Positions 24,806 through 37,699 of a stretch of 64,000 nt of DNA are shown here, piece after piece. How positions within the stretch are numbered: position 1 is the first letter of the stretch; every line of letters starts with the position of its first letter. The notes beneath the pieces were generated by a model that ran no database searches, was not told where the DNA came from, and saw only the letters and a list, made by a program, of their open reading frames with translations. The translations under genes were made by a program, and so were the position numbers. Origin of the DNA: Eledone cirrhosa (taxonomy: Eukaryota); contig OZ024742.1 in assembly GCA_964016885.1 (NCBI GenBank), forward strand, positions 333,498,001 through 333,562,000. The letters run 5' to 3'.

Positions 24806-25160
24806 CCTTGAATCTCAGTCATTGATGTTGGTTAACTGGAAAGTCCGTTGGAATGAATATCAAGCCACTACCTGCAGCCTCAGATATTCAGGACGTATCG
24901 GAGGGTTCTTGCTGTTCCAAGCAAGCATGCCTTTTGAAGCGTTCCAAAAAGCGTGAAGGGGCCGATTTTCTTTAACCATCCCTGGAAACTTTTGGAGATA
25001 GTCCCCAGTGCGCCTATGACAATCGGGATCACTTTCACTTCATGGCAGTTCCAAATCCTTTTCACCTCCCACTTTAGGTCCTGGTATCGGTTAATTTTCT
25101 CCCTCTCATTCTCCTGCACTCTCGTGTCGAACGGGCAGGCCACATCCACAATCAGACACG

Positions 25161-25162
<2 letters not shown>
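24806..25162 (-). mobile_element. 5'-truncated Dong-A copy (~0.36 kb)
   Basis: Intact 3' end, truncated within the endonuclease domain, (ATT)n on both sides. Confidence 0.93.
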
Positions 25163-25211
<49 letters not shown>

Positions 25212-25223
25212 GTTATTGTTATT

Positions 25224-25775
25224 CCTTGAATCTCAGTCATTGATGTTGGTTAACTGGAAAGTCCGTTGGATTGAATATCAAGCCACTACCTGCAGCCTCA
25301 GATATTCAGGACGTATCGGAGGGTTCTTGCCGTTCCAAGCAAGCATGCCTTTTGAAGCGTTCCAAAAAGCGTGAAGGGGCCGATTTTCTTTAACCATCCC
25401 TGGAAACCTTTGGAGATAGTCCCCAGTGCGCCTATGACAATCGGGATCACTTTGACTTCATGGCAGTTCCAAATCCTTTTCACCTCCCACTTTAGGTCCT
25501 GGTATCGGTTAATTTTCTCCCTCTCCTTCTCTTGCACTCTCGTGTCGAACGGGCAGGCCACATCCACAATCAGGCACGATCTTTTTTCTTTGTCCACAAC
25601 CACCAGGTCAGGTCTATTGTATTCCAGTTTTTTGTCCGTCTGTATCCTAAAATCCCACAGCACCTTCACCTGACTGTTCTCCATCACCGCCTCTGGCCTA
25701 TGCTCATACCATTTCTCAGAATGTGGTAGATTGTTTACTTTGCACAGGTGCCAGTGGATCACCCTGCCCATCACA

Positions 25776-25777
<2 letters not shown>
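25224..25777 (-). mobile_element. 5'-truncated Dong-A copy (~0.55 kb)
   Basis: Intact 3' end, truncated at the RHD motif, (ATT)n on both sides. Confidence 0.93.
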
Positions 25778-25831
<54 letters not shown>

Positions 25832-25840
25832 GTTGTTATT

Positions 25841-28208
25841 CCTTGAATCTCAGTCATTGATGTTGGTTAACTGGAAAGTCCGTTGGATTGAATATCAAGC
25901 CACTACCTGCAGCCTCAGAAATTCAGGACGTATCGGAGGGTTCTTGCTGTTCCAAGCAAGCATGCCTTTTGAAGCGTTCCAAAAAGCGTGAAGGGGCCGA
26001 TTTTCTTTAACCATCCCTGGAAACCTTTGGAGATAGTCCCCAGTGCGCCTATGACAATCGGGATCACTTTGACTTCATGGCAGTTCCAAATCCTTTTCAC
26101 CTCCCACTTTAGGTCCTGGTATCGGTTAATTTTCTCCCTCTCCTTCTCTTGCACTCTCGTGTCGAACGGGCAGGCCACATCCACAATCAGGCACGATCTT
26201 TTTTCTTTGTCCACAACCACCAGGTCAGGTCTATTGTGTTCCAGTTTTTTGTCCGTCTGTATCCTAAAATGCCACAGCACCTTCACCTGATTGTTCTCCA
26301 TCACCGCCTCTGGCCTATGCTCATACCATTTCTCAGAATGTGGTAAATTGTTTACTTTGCACAGGTGCCAGTGGATCACCCTGCCCATCACATCGTGTCT
26401 CCAGCCCTTATAGTGGGTCTGGGCTAAGTGTTTACACTCGGACACAATGTGAGCCACAGTCTCCTCTCTCTCTCCACAGATCCTGCACAGTGGGCTAGCT
26501 TCCTCCTTGTAGATATGGTGCTTCAACCACTTCGTTTTGAGGGCCTGCTCCTGCGCAGCCATTAGCATTCCTTCTGTAGCCTTTTTGAGGTCTCCTCTTC
26601 TCAACCAGTTCCATGTCTGTGGATCTCTAAATTCAGTTTTCTCAAAGAAGGTACTATGAAGGGATTTTCCCTTAAGGCTGCTCTTCCTCCTTGATGTTAT
26701 TTCCTCCTTGGACATCCCCTGGCCTACTGTCCCCTCCTTCAGTACAGTTCTGAGCATTGGCTCCTTACTATAGGTCACGTATTTGTATAGGTTGTTTTTC
26801 TCCATCCGAACACAGTCGTCTATGCTGATAAGACCACTTCCACCCTCAGATCTCCTTAGGTAGAGTCTATCGACATCACTCCTCTTGTGGAACATGTTGT
26901 AGATAGTCAATAGCTTCCTAGTCTTCCTATCCATTTCTTTTTGTTCAGCAACATTCCATCTCAGAATTCCCGCACTGTACCTGATAATAGACACAGCTCG
27001 GGAATTTACTGCGCTTATGGCATTTCTGCTGTTCAGATGTGACTTCAATACGATCCTTACTCTCCGAATGTATTCACTTCTTAACAATTCCTTCATTTTT
27101 TTGTTCTTTATGCCATCAGCCTCCAGAACGCCCAAATACTTGTATCCTTCCTCAGAGTCAATTTCCTTTATCATCTCACCTGTTGGTATATGGATCCCGT
27201 TACTTCTGCTCAACCTACCCCTCTTCATCACAATGACTCCACATTTACCAATACCAAACTGCATACATATATCACTGCTGAAAATACGGACAGTGTCAAC
27301 AAGCACATCCAACTCCTTCTCACTTTTCCCGAAGAGCTTAAGATCGTCCATGAAGAGGAGGTGATTGATGGTAAGCTCTCCCCTTCCCAACTTGTATCCT
27401 GCTCTCACTTTTCGCAGCATAATGGTCAAGGGCATCAGGGCAAGGACAAACAACAGAGGGGACAGGCTATCTCCCTGGAAGATACCTCTCTTGATCTTCA
27501 CGCTTCCCAAGGATACTCCAGTTGATGTCAACTCTGTCTCCCAGGACCCCATACTCCTGCCTAGCAACTGTCTGATGTTATCTGCCACCCTGAAGATCTC
27601 CAGGCTTTTGGTGATCCAGGAATGAGGCACCATGTCAAATGCCTTTCTGTAGTCTATCCATCCCATGGCAAGATCAGTGTGTCTCCTCCTGCAATTCCCC
27701 ATTACCATCTTATCAATAAGCAACTGGTCCTTTGTACCACGTGACTTCTTTCGGCATCCTTTCTGTTCGTCCGGTAACAAGTTGTTTGTGTGGAGGTGAT
27801 GGTAGATTTCCTCAGACACAATGCTCGTCAACAGTTTCCACATTACGGACAGACATGTGATAGGTCTATAGTTGGTAACATCATTACCCTTGATTCGGTC
27901 TTTCATTATCAGAACTGTGGTACCTTTTGTCAACCACTCTGGCACCTCACCCGACACCAAGCAGTCATTGAACATGGCCGTCAGCTTCGGGTGGAGGGAT
28001 GTTAAACGTTTAATCCAATACCCCTGCACACCATCTGGGCCTGGTGATTTCCAGTTGGTTAGTTTGTTGGCCTGCCCCTTAAGAGTTTCAACTGTGATAC
28101 TCAAATCAGTCTGTTGTTGTGCCTGCTCACCGATCTCCCTCTGTACTGTCTCAATCCACCCTGCCTGGGCATTGTGTCTAACATCCTGCTCCCATATTCC
28201 TCTCCAGA

Positions 28209-28210
<2 letters not shown>
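25841..28210 (-). mobile_element. 5'-truncated Dong-A copy (~2.4 kb) with an open RT-endonuclease frame
   Basis: Uninterrupted ORF 25915-28104 (729 aa); the truncation junction merges into (ATT)n. Confidence 0.94.
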
Positions 28211-28264
<54 letters not shown>

Positions 28265-28265
28265 T

Positions 28266-31200
28266 CCTTGTGTCTCAGTCGTTGATGTTAGTTAACTGGA
28301 AAGTTTGTTGGAATGAATATCAAGCCACTACCTGCTGCCTCAGATATTCAGGACGTATCGGAGGGTTCTTGCTGTTTCCAGCAAGCATGCCTTTTTGAAG
28401 CGTTCCAAAGAGCGGGAAAGGGCCGATTTTCTTTAACCATCCCTGGAAACTTTTGGAGATAGTCCCTATTGCGCCTATGACAATCGGGATCACTTTCACT
28501 TCATGGCAGTTCCAAATCATTTTTACCTCCCACTTTAAGTCTGGTATCGGTTAATTTTCTCCCTCTCCTTCTCTTGCACTCTCGTGTCGAATGGGCAGGC
28601 CACATCCACTATCAGGCACGATCTTTTTTCTTTGTCCACAACCACCAGGTCAGGTCTATTGTGTTCCAGTTTCTTGTCCGTCTGTATCCTAAAATCCCAC
28701 AACACCTTCATCTGATCGTTCTCTATCACCGCCTCTGGCTTATGCTCATACCATTTCTCAGAATGTGGTAAATTGTTTACTTTGCACAGGTGCCAGTGGA
28801 TCACCCTGCCCATCACATCATGTCTCCAGCCCTTATAGTGGGTCTGGGCTAGGTGTTTACACTCGGATACAATGTGAGCCACAGTCCCTCTCTCTCTCCA
28901 CAGATCCTGCGCAGTGGGCTAGCCTCCTCCTTGTAAATATAGTGTTTGAAACACTTCGTTTTGAGGGCCTGCTCCTGCGCAGCCATTAACATTCCTTCTG
29001 TAGCCTTTTTAAGGTCTCCTCTTTTCAACCAGTTCCATGTCTGTGGATCTCGAAATTCAGTTTTCGCAAAGAAGGTACTATGAAGGGATTTTTCCTGAAG
29101 GCTGCTCTTTCTCCTTGATGTTATTTCCTCCTTGGACATCCCCTGGCCTATTGTTCCCTCCTTCAGTACAGTTCTGAGCATTGGCTCCTTACTATCAGTC
29201 ACGTATTTGTGTAGGTTTTTTTTCTCCATCTAAACATAGTCCTCTATGCCGATAAGACCTCTTCCACCCTCAGATCTCCTTAAGTAGAGTCTATCGACAT
29301 CACTCCTCTTGTGGAACATGTTGTAGATAGTCAATAGCTTCCTAGTCTTCCTATCCATTTCTTTTTGTTCAGCAACATTCCATCTCAGAATTCCCGCACT
29401 GTACCTAATAATAGACACAGCTCGAGAATTTACTGCACTTATGGCATTCCTACTGTTCAGATGTGACTTTAATACGCTCCTTACTCTCCGAAGTTATTCA
29501 GTTCTTATCAATTCCTTCATTTTTTGTTCTTGATGTCATCAGCCTCCAGAACGCCCAAATACTTGTATCCTTCCTCAGAGTCAATTTCTTTTATCATCTC
29601 ACCTGTTGGTACCTGGATTCCGTTACTTCTGCTCAACTTACTCCTCCTCATCACAATGACTCCACACTTACTAATACCAAATTGCATACATATATCATTG
29701 CTGAAAGTACGGACAGTGTCAACAAGCACATCCAACTCCTTCTCACTCTTCCCGAAGAGCTTAAGATCGTCCATGAAGAGGAGGTGATTGATGGTAAGCC
29801 CTCCCTTTCCCAACCTGTATCCTGCTCTCACTTTTCGCAGTACACTGGTCAGGGGCATCAGGGCAAGGACAAACAACAGAGGGCACAGACTATCTCCCTG
29901 GAAGATACCTCTCTTGATCTTCACGCTTCCCAAGGATTCTCCAGTTGATGTTAACTCTGTTTCCCAGGACTTCATACTTTTGCCAAACAACTGCCTGATG
30001 TTATCTGCCACCTTGAAGATCTCCAGGCTTTTGGTGATCCAAGAATGAGGCACCATGTCCAATGCCTTTTTGTAGTCTATCCATCCCATGGCAAGACCAG
30101 TGTGTCTCCTCTTGCAATTCCTCATTACCATCTTATCAATAAGTAACTGGTCCTTTGTACCACGTGACTTCTTTCGGCATACTTTCTGTTCGTCCGATAA
30201 CAAGTTGTTGGTGTGGAGGTGATGGTAGATTTCCTGAGACATAATTCTTGTCAACAGTTTCCACATTACGGACAGACATGTGATAGGTCTATAGTTGGTA
30301 ACATCATTACCCTTGATTCGGTCTTTCATTATCAGAACCGTGGTATCTTTTGTCAACAACTCTGGTACCTCACCTGACATCAAGCAGTCATTGAACATGG
30401 TTGTCAGTTTCGGGTGGAGGGTTGTTATATTTTTAATCCAATACCCCTGCACACCATCTGGGCCAGGTGATTTCCAGTTGGTTAGTTTTTTGGCCTGCCC
30501 CTTAAGAGTTTCAACTGTGATACTCAAATCAGTTTGTTGGCGTGCCTGTTCACTGATCTCCTTCTGTACTGTCTCAATCCACACTGCCTGGTCATTATGT
30601 TTAACATCCTGCTCCCATATTCCTCTCCAGAATGTTTTAGTTTGTTCCGCCTCAGGGATCAAGTGGTTGCCTCTTTCTTTCCCTTCAAGCTGTCCAAACA
30701 GCATCTTCTGGTGTTGTCGAACATGCGGTTCTGTCTATACTGGCTGACTCTGTTCTCGTATCGCCTGATTTTTGCACTCTTTGCTATAATGCGTTGCTTC
30801 AGTTCCTCTCTGATAATATTTAGCTTTTTCCTCCTAGTTTTGTACTTTATTTCCAATCTATAATTAGTGTCTATGTTTTTTAGTGTCCCATTCAGTAGGG
30901 ACTCAAGCTTTCCAATGTCATTTCTCATTTCCCTGATTTGACCACTCAGTCGTTTCTTCCACCATGGCTCTGCTCTTTCTTGTCTGTTGTTTCCTCTCGC
31001 TTTTATACCAAGTAGTTTCCTCACCGTATTTGCTGTTGCTTTGAGGATATTGTTGCACTGGTGAAGGCTCCTCGCCTCAAGGTATGGGATGACTTTGTTT
31101 ACCTTAGCTGCTGTTTCTTTTAAATTTTTCCTGTCTACAAATCTTAGGTTCATAGGTCTCCCACTATCATTGTTCAATTCATCTACCACTAAGTTTAGGA

Positions 31201-32870
31201 TATCTACCAAATCTTGTCCTAGCCCGTCAGCATTCAACTCCTCAGTGGCCGTATCTCTGTTCCAGGTATTATTTATCTCAGCATTCAGATCAGTGTCTGT
31301 TTCGGGTGGTTCCTCCGTTCTCTCGACCTCTTCACCTTCATTTCCCACTGGCTCGTTTGCCTGGCATACTCCACCCTCCATCTCCAAGCTAATCTCTCTG
31401 CTCAGTTCCTCCAGTTCCAGCTCGCTTATCCACCCATTAGTTCTTATTACCCGAGCCTGCCCGGCCAGTTTTTGTTCATCTAATTTAAATGGACCAATCT
31501 CGTTCCAGATGTTATGCTTCCTTTTCCTATAGCCTTTTTCCTTGGGGTTACTCTTCAGGTAACATTGCATAACAGTTCTATTCAATTCTTTCGTCCAGTT
31601 GGTTCTGGTCCCTTTCCTTCTTCTTCTTCCTCCGACACCAGCAGTATTTGGTTGACAGCCAGGTCCCTGCTGCTGAGCCAGGGAGCACCTGTTGGGTGAG
31701 AGTCTGTCACATGACATTCTAGTCTCTATTTCACCGTTATCCGAACTGTTTAGGTTCGACATTTAAACACTCTTATCGAGGATTGGCGAATGTATGGTTA
31801 CATAACCTCCGGTGAATTACCTGTCTCCGGTGGTTTCGTCACTCCGCGTGACTTTTGTGTGGCATTATCACGCTGTAGACGAACCCAAACAAACAAACAA
31901 ACAAACAGGCAGAAAAAACTCCAAAAATGAATAAGCATAAGTTTCATTGTAATGTAGTGTTTGAATGCCTGACTTAGTTTTTCCCTTCCCTTCTCTGTCC
32001 GTCCGTTTGTTTTTCTCTTCATTTTTATTTCCTTTACGTTTTTCGTTGTTGCTGTGCTGCTTTGATTTTGATTTTTTTTTTTTTTTTTTTATTTCGACCG
32101 GGTCATCAATTCATTCTATTTATAAATTTTGATGTTTTCCTTTTTTAGTGGGAATTCTACAATGTAGCAGGGGATAGCGGGGGAGAATAGCGGCGGTAAT
32201 GATATTGAGGCAGCGGCGGCGGTGGTGGTGGCGGTGCTGTGCTAGCAGCAACTAGCAGGTGGTAGTGGGAGAGAATAGCGGCGGTAGCGATAGTGAGGCA
32301 GCGGTGGTGGTGATGTGGTCGTATTACTGTAGTGATGGTGTTGAAGTTGGAGTAGAAATTTGAGTCGACTTGACCAGAGTTTTCATCGTGGTAGTGTTGG
32401 TGGTATTGGTGGTGAAATTATCTTTAGTGAAATTATCGTTAGTCGCGTATATGTGTTGACATTTATCCATAATATTGGAATTAAACATTTTGTTAAAACT
32501 AAAACTTGAGGCAATAGTAATAGTAATTATTATTATTATGCTGAGATTGGTGGTGGTGGTGGAGAAATTGCCATTATCGGGCTGTTGTGTTTAGTGTACA
32601 CAGAGGGGTGATGGGGTAGGTGGTGTATCTAGTTTCTGATGTTGGTGAAATTGCTGTTTTTGGCTGTTCTATATAGTGTAGACAGAGGGGGTTTTCTTCC
32701 ATTTATAACCATTTTCTTTTTGAATATAAAATGTATAATACAAAATTGAATATTTGAGCGATATGACAATATATTGTGGATCCGAATTTTTTGGGACTCA
32801 AGCTGGATGTTTTATGCAACATTTGTACTAAGAATTGTTATTTCACAATTGATTTAAATATGTTAAAAAA
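28266..32870 (-). mobile_element. Older, diverged Dong-A subfamily copy, near full length; ORF 28340-31762 disrupted
   Basis: Many substitutions, stops and frameshifts. Retains the ATG (MSNLNSS) where the younger copies have ATA. The leader lacks its first ~55 nt. Confidence 0.92.
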
Positions 32871-32900
32871 ATTATTATTATTATTATTATTGTTGTTATT

Positions 32901-35900
32901 CCTTGAATCTCAGTCATTGATGTTGGTTAACTGGAAAGTCCGTTGGATTGAATATCAAGCCACTACCTGCAGCCTCAGATATTCAGGACGTATCGGAGGG
33001 TTCTTGCTGTTCCAAGCAAGCATGCCTTTTGAAGCGTTCCAAAAAGCGTGAAGGGGCCGATTTTCTTTAACCATCCCTGGAAACTTTTGGAGATAGTCCC
33101 CAGTGCGCCTATGACAATCGGGATCACTTTGACTTCATGGCAGTTCCAAATCCTTTTCACCTCCCACTTTAGGTCCTGGTATCGGTTAATTTTCTCCCTC
33201 TCCTTCTCTTGCACTCTCGTGTCGAACGGGCAGGCCACATCCACAATCAGACACGATCTTTTTTCTTTGTCCACAACCACCAGGTCAGGTCTATTGTGTT
33301 CCAGTTTTTTGTCCGTCTGTATCCCAAAATCCCACAGCACCTTCACCTGATTGTTCTCCATCACCGCTTCTGGCCTATGCTCATACCATTTCTCAGAATG
33401 TGGTAAATTGTTTAGTTTGCACAGGTGCCAGTGGATCACCCTGCCCATCACATCGTGTCTCCAGCCCTTATAGTGGGTCTGGGCTAGGTGTTTACACTCG
33501 GACACAATGTGAGCCACAGTCTCCTCTCTCTCTCCACATATCCTGCACAGTGGGCTAGCCTCCTCCTTGTAAATATGGTGCTTCAACCACTTCGTTTTGA
33601 GGGCCTGCTCCTGCGCAGCCATTAGCATTCCTTCTGTAGCCTTTTTGAGGTCTCCTCTTCTCAACCAGTTCCATGTCTGTGGATCTCTAAATTCAGTTTT
33701 CTCAAATAAGGTACTATGAAGGGATTTTCCCTTAAGGCTGCTCTTCCTCCTTGATGTTATTTCCTCCTTGGACATCCCCTGGCCTACTGTCCCCTCCTTC
33801 AGTACAGTTCTGAGCATTGGCTCCTTACTATAGGTCACGTATTTGTATAGGTTGTTTTTCTCCATCCGAACACAGTCGTCTATGCTGATAAGACCACTTC
33901 CACCCTCAGATCTCCTTAGGTAGAGTCTATCGACATCACTCCTCTTGTGGAACATGTTGTAGATAGTCAATAGCTTCCTAGTCTTCCTATCCATTTCTTT
34001 TTGTTCAGCAACATTCCATCTCAGAATTCCCGCACTGTACCTAATAATAGACACAGCTCGGGAATTTACTGCGCTTATGGCATTTCTGCTGTTCAGATGT
34101 GACTTCAATACGCTCCTTACTCTCCGAATGTATTCAGTTCTTAACAATTCCTTCATTTTTTTGTTCTTTATGCCATCAGCCTCCAGAACGCCCAAATACT
34201 TGTATCCTTCCTCAGAGTCAATTTCCTTTATCATCTCACCTGTTGGTATCTGGATCCCGTTACTTCTGCTCAACCTACCCCTCCTCATCCCAATGACTCC
34301 ACATTTACCAATACCAAACTGCATACATATATCACTGCTGAAAATACAGACAGTGTCAACAAGCACATCCAACTCCTTCTCACTTTTCCCGAAGAGCTTA
34401 AGATCGTCCATGAAGAGGAGGTGATTGATGGTAAGCTCTCCCCTTCCCAACTTGTATCCTGCTCTCACTTTTCGCAGCATAATGGTCAAGGGCATCAGGA
34501 CAAGGACAAACAACAGAGGGGACAGGCTATCTCCCTGGAAGATACCTCTCTTGCTCTTCACGCTTCCCAAGGATACTCCAGTTGATGTCAACTCTGTCTC
34601 CCAGGACCCCATACTCCTGCCTAGCAACTGTCTGATGTTATCTGCCACCCTGAAGATCTCCAGGCTTTTGGTGATCCAAGAATGAGGCACCATGTCAAAT
34701 GCCTTTCTGTAGTCTATCTATCCCATGGCAAGATCAGTGTGTCTCCTCCTGCAGTTCCCCATTACCATCTTATCAATAAGCAACTGGTCCTTTGTACCAC
34801 GTGACTTCTTTCGGCATCCTTTCTGTTCGTCCGGTAACAAGTTGTTTGTGTGGAGGTGATGGTAGATTTCCTCAGACACAATGCTCGTCAACAGTTTCCA
34901 CATTACGGACAGACATTTGATAGGTCTATAGTTGGTAACATCATTACCCTTGATTCGGTCTTTCATTATCAGAACTGTGGTACCTTTTGTCAACCACTCT
35001 GGCACCTCACCCGACACCAAGCAGTCATTGAACATGGCCGTCAGCTTCGGGTGGAGGGATGTTAAATGTTTAATCCAATACCCCTGCACACCATCTGGGC
35101 CTGGTGGTTTCCAGTTGGTTAGTTTTTTGGCCTGCCCCTTAAGAGTTTCAACTGTGATACTCAAATCAGTTTGTTGGCGTGCCTGTTCACCGATCTCCCT
35201 CTGTACTGTCTCAATCCACCCTGCCTGGACATTATGTCTAACATCCTGCTCCCATATTCCTCTCCAGAATGTTTTAGTTTGCTCTGCCCCACGGATCAAG
35301 TCGTTGCCTCTTTCTTTCCCCTCAAGCTGTCCAAACAGCATCTTCTGGTTGTTGTCGCACATGCGGTTCTGTCTATACTGACTGACTCTGTTCTCGTATC
35401 GCCTGATTTTTGCACTCTTTGCTACAATGCGTTGCTTCAGTTCCTCTATGATAATATTTAGCTTTTTCCTCCTAGTTTTGTATTTTATTTCCAGTCTATT
35501 TTTAGTGCCTATGTTTTTTAGTGTCCCATTCAGTAGTGACTCAAGCTTTCCTATGTCATTTCTCATTTCCCCGATTTGCCCACTCAGTCGCTTCTTCCAC
35601 CACGGCTCTGCACTTTCCTGTCTGTTGTTTCCTCTCGCTTTTATACCAAGTAGTTTCCTCACCGTATTTGCTGTTGCTTTGAGGATATTGTTGCACTGGT
35701 GAAGGCTCCTCGCCTCAAGGTATGGGATGACTTTGTTTACCTTAGCTGTTGTTTCTTTTAACTTTTTCCTGTCTACAAATCTTAGGTTCATAGGTCTCCC
35801 ACTATCATTGTTCAATTCATCTACCACTAAATTTAGGATGTCAACCGAATCTTGTCCTAGCCCGTCAGCATTCATCTCCTCAGTGGCCGTACCTCTGTTC

Positions 35901-37426
35901 CAGGTATTATTTATCTCAGTATTCAGATCATTGTCTGCTTCGGGTGGTTCCTCCGTTCTCAGGACCTCTTCACCTTCATTTCCCACTGGCTCGCTTGTCT
36001 GGCATACTACACCCGCCATCTCCAAGCCATTCTCTCTGCTCAGTTCCTCCAGTTCCAGCTCGCTTATCCACCCATTAGTTCTTATTACCCGAGCCTGCCC
36101 GGCCAATTTTTGTTCATCTAATTTAAATAAACCAATCTCGTTCCAGATGTTATGCATCCGTCTCCTGTAGCCCCTCTCCTTGGGGTTACTTTTCAGGTAA
36201 CATTGCATAACAGTTCTATTCAATTCTTTAGTCCAGTTGGTTCTGGCCCCTTTCCTTCTTCTCCTTCCTCCAACATCAGCAGTATTTGGTTGACAGTCAG
36301 GTTCCTGCTGCTGAGCAAGGGGGCACCTGTTGGGTGAGAGTCTGTCACATGACGTTCTAATCTCCATTTCACCGTTATTCGAACTGTTTATGTTCGATAT
36401 TTAAACACTCTTATCGAGGATTGGCGAATGTATGGTTACATAGCCATCTGTGGATTCGCCGTTCCACTTGGCCCTTGTGTGGCATTATCACCACGCTGTA
36501 TACGAACACACATAAACAAACAAACACACAGGCAGAAAGGGCCCCAAAAATGAATAAGCATAAGTTTCATTGTAATGTAGTGTTCGAATGTCTGACTTAG
36601 TTTTTGCTTTTTAAGTTTTAGTTTTTCCTCCCTCTTCTCTGTCCGTCCGCCTGCTTCTCTCTTCATTCTTATTTTCTTTACGTTTTTTTTTTTTTTTTTT
36701 TTTTCTCTGTTTGTTTTTCTCGTTTTTTGCTGTTGTTGCTGTGCTGCTTTGGTTTTGTTGTTTGTTTTTTCTTTTTTCTTTTGAGTCTATCTATATATTT
36801 TGATGCCTTCCTCTTTTTTAGCAGTAGGGATTCTATAATGTGGTGGCAGCAGCCATCTTGGAGAAGTGGAAGACTGGCGGCGGTAGCGATACTGAGACAG
36901 TGGTGGTGGTGATGTCGATACCCAGGCAGTGGTGGCGGTGATGTAACCGTATTACTGTAGCGGTGGTAGCGGTGGTAGCAGTGAAGGAGTGAAGGGGTGG
37001 TGGCGGCGGTGATGGGATAATGGTGGTAATGATGGCCGTAGTGAGCGGTGGTGGTGAAAATGCCGTTATCTGGCTGTTGTGTTTAGTGTACACAGGTGAT
37101 GGGGTGGGTGGTGTATCTAGTTTCTGGTGTTGGTGAGTTTGGCTGTTCTATATAGTGTAGACAGAGGAGAGGAGGGGGGGGGTTCTTCTTCCATTTATAG
37201 CCATTTTCTTTTTTGGATATACAGTGTACAATACAAAGTTGAATATTTGAATATTTGAGCCTTATAACAATATATTTTGGGTCCGAATTTTTTGGGGCTC
37301 AAGCCGGGTGCTTTACGTAGCATTTGTACTAAGAGTTGTTATTTCACAAATGATTTAAATATGTTAAAAATTCAAAACTTACGGGAGCGATTTCATGACC
37401 TCCGCCACCTCGTGCGTCTTCTTCCC
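32901..37426 (-). mobile_element. Dong-A full-length copy
   Basis: Same termini as 14778-19654, without the leader duplication. Confidence 0.95.
32975..36367 (-). pseudogene. Dong-A ORF, one in-frame stop
   Basis: ORFs 34718-36367 and 32975-34693 are in the same frame, separated by TGG>TAG at 34718-34720. Confidence 0.93.
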
Positions 37427-37460
<34 letters not shown>

Positions 37461-37699
37461 TATTATTATTATTATTATAGTATTGTTGGCGACCTACATA
37501 TTAAATCGTATCATCGTGAGCTCCGAAAGGTTTGTTATTTTCAGTTGTTCAAAATTGCCATTCATGGAAAATGTTATGGTTAACTGTATATAAGTGCACA
37601 TACATTGTTATCTGAAAAGGACACACAAAAAGATTTGGGCCTTGAGCCCCAAATTAAAACTTTTATAATTATCAAACAAAAATTTTTCTTTGAAACATC

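Noticed and set aside
24806-28265. CRISPR-like or satellite-like periodicity of repeated units
   Set aside because: The units are variably truncated retrotransposon 3' ends; there is no repeat-spacer structure and no cas genes.
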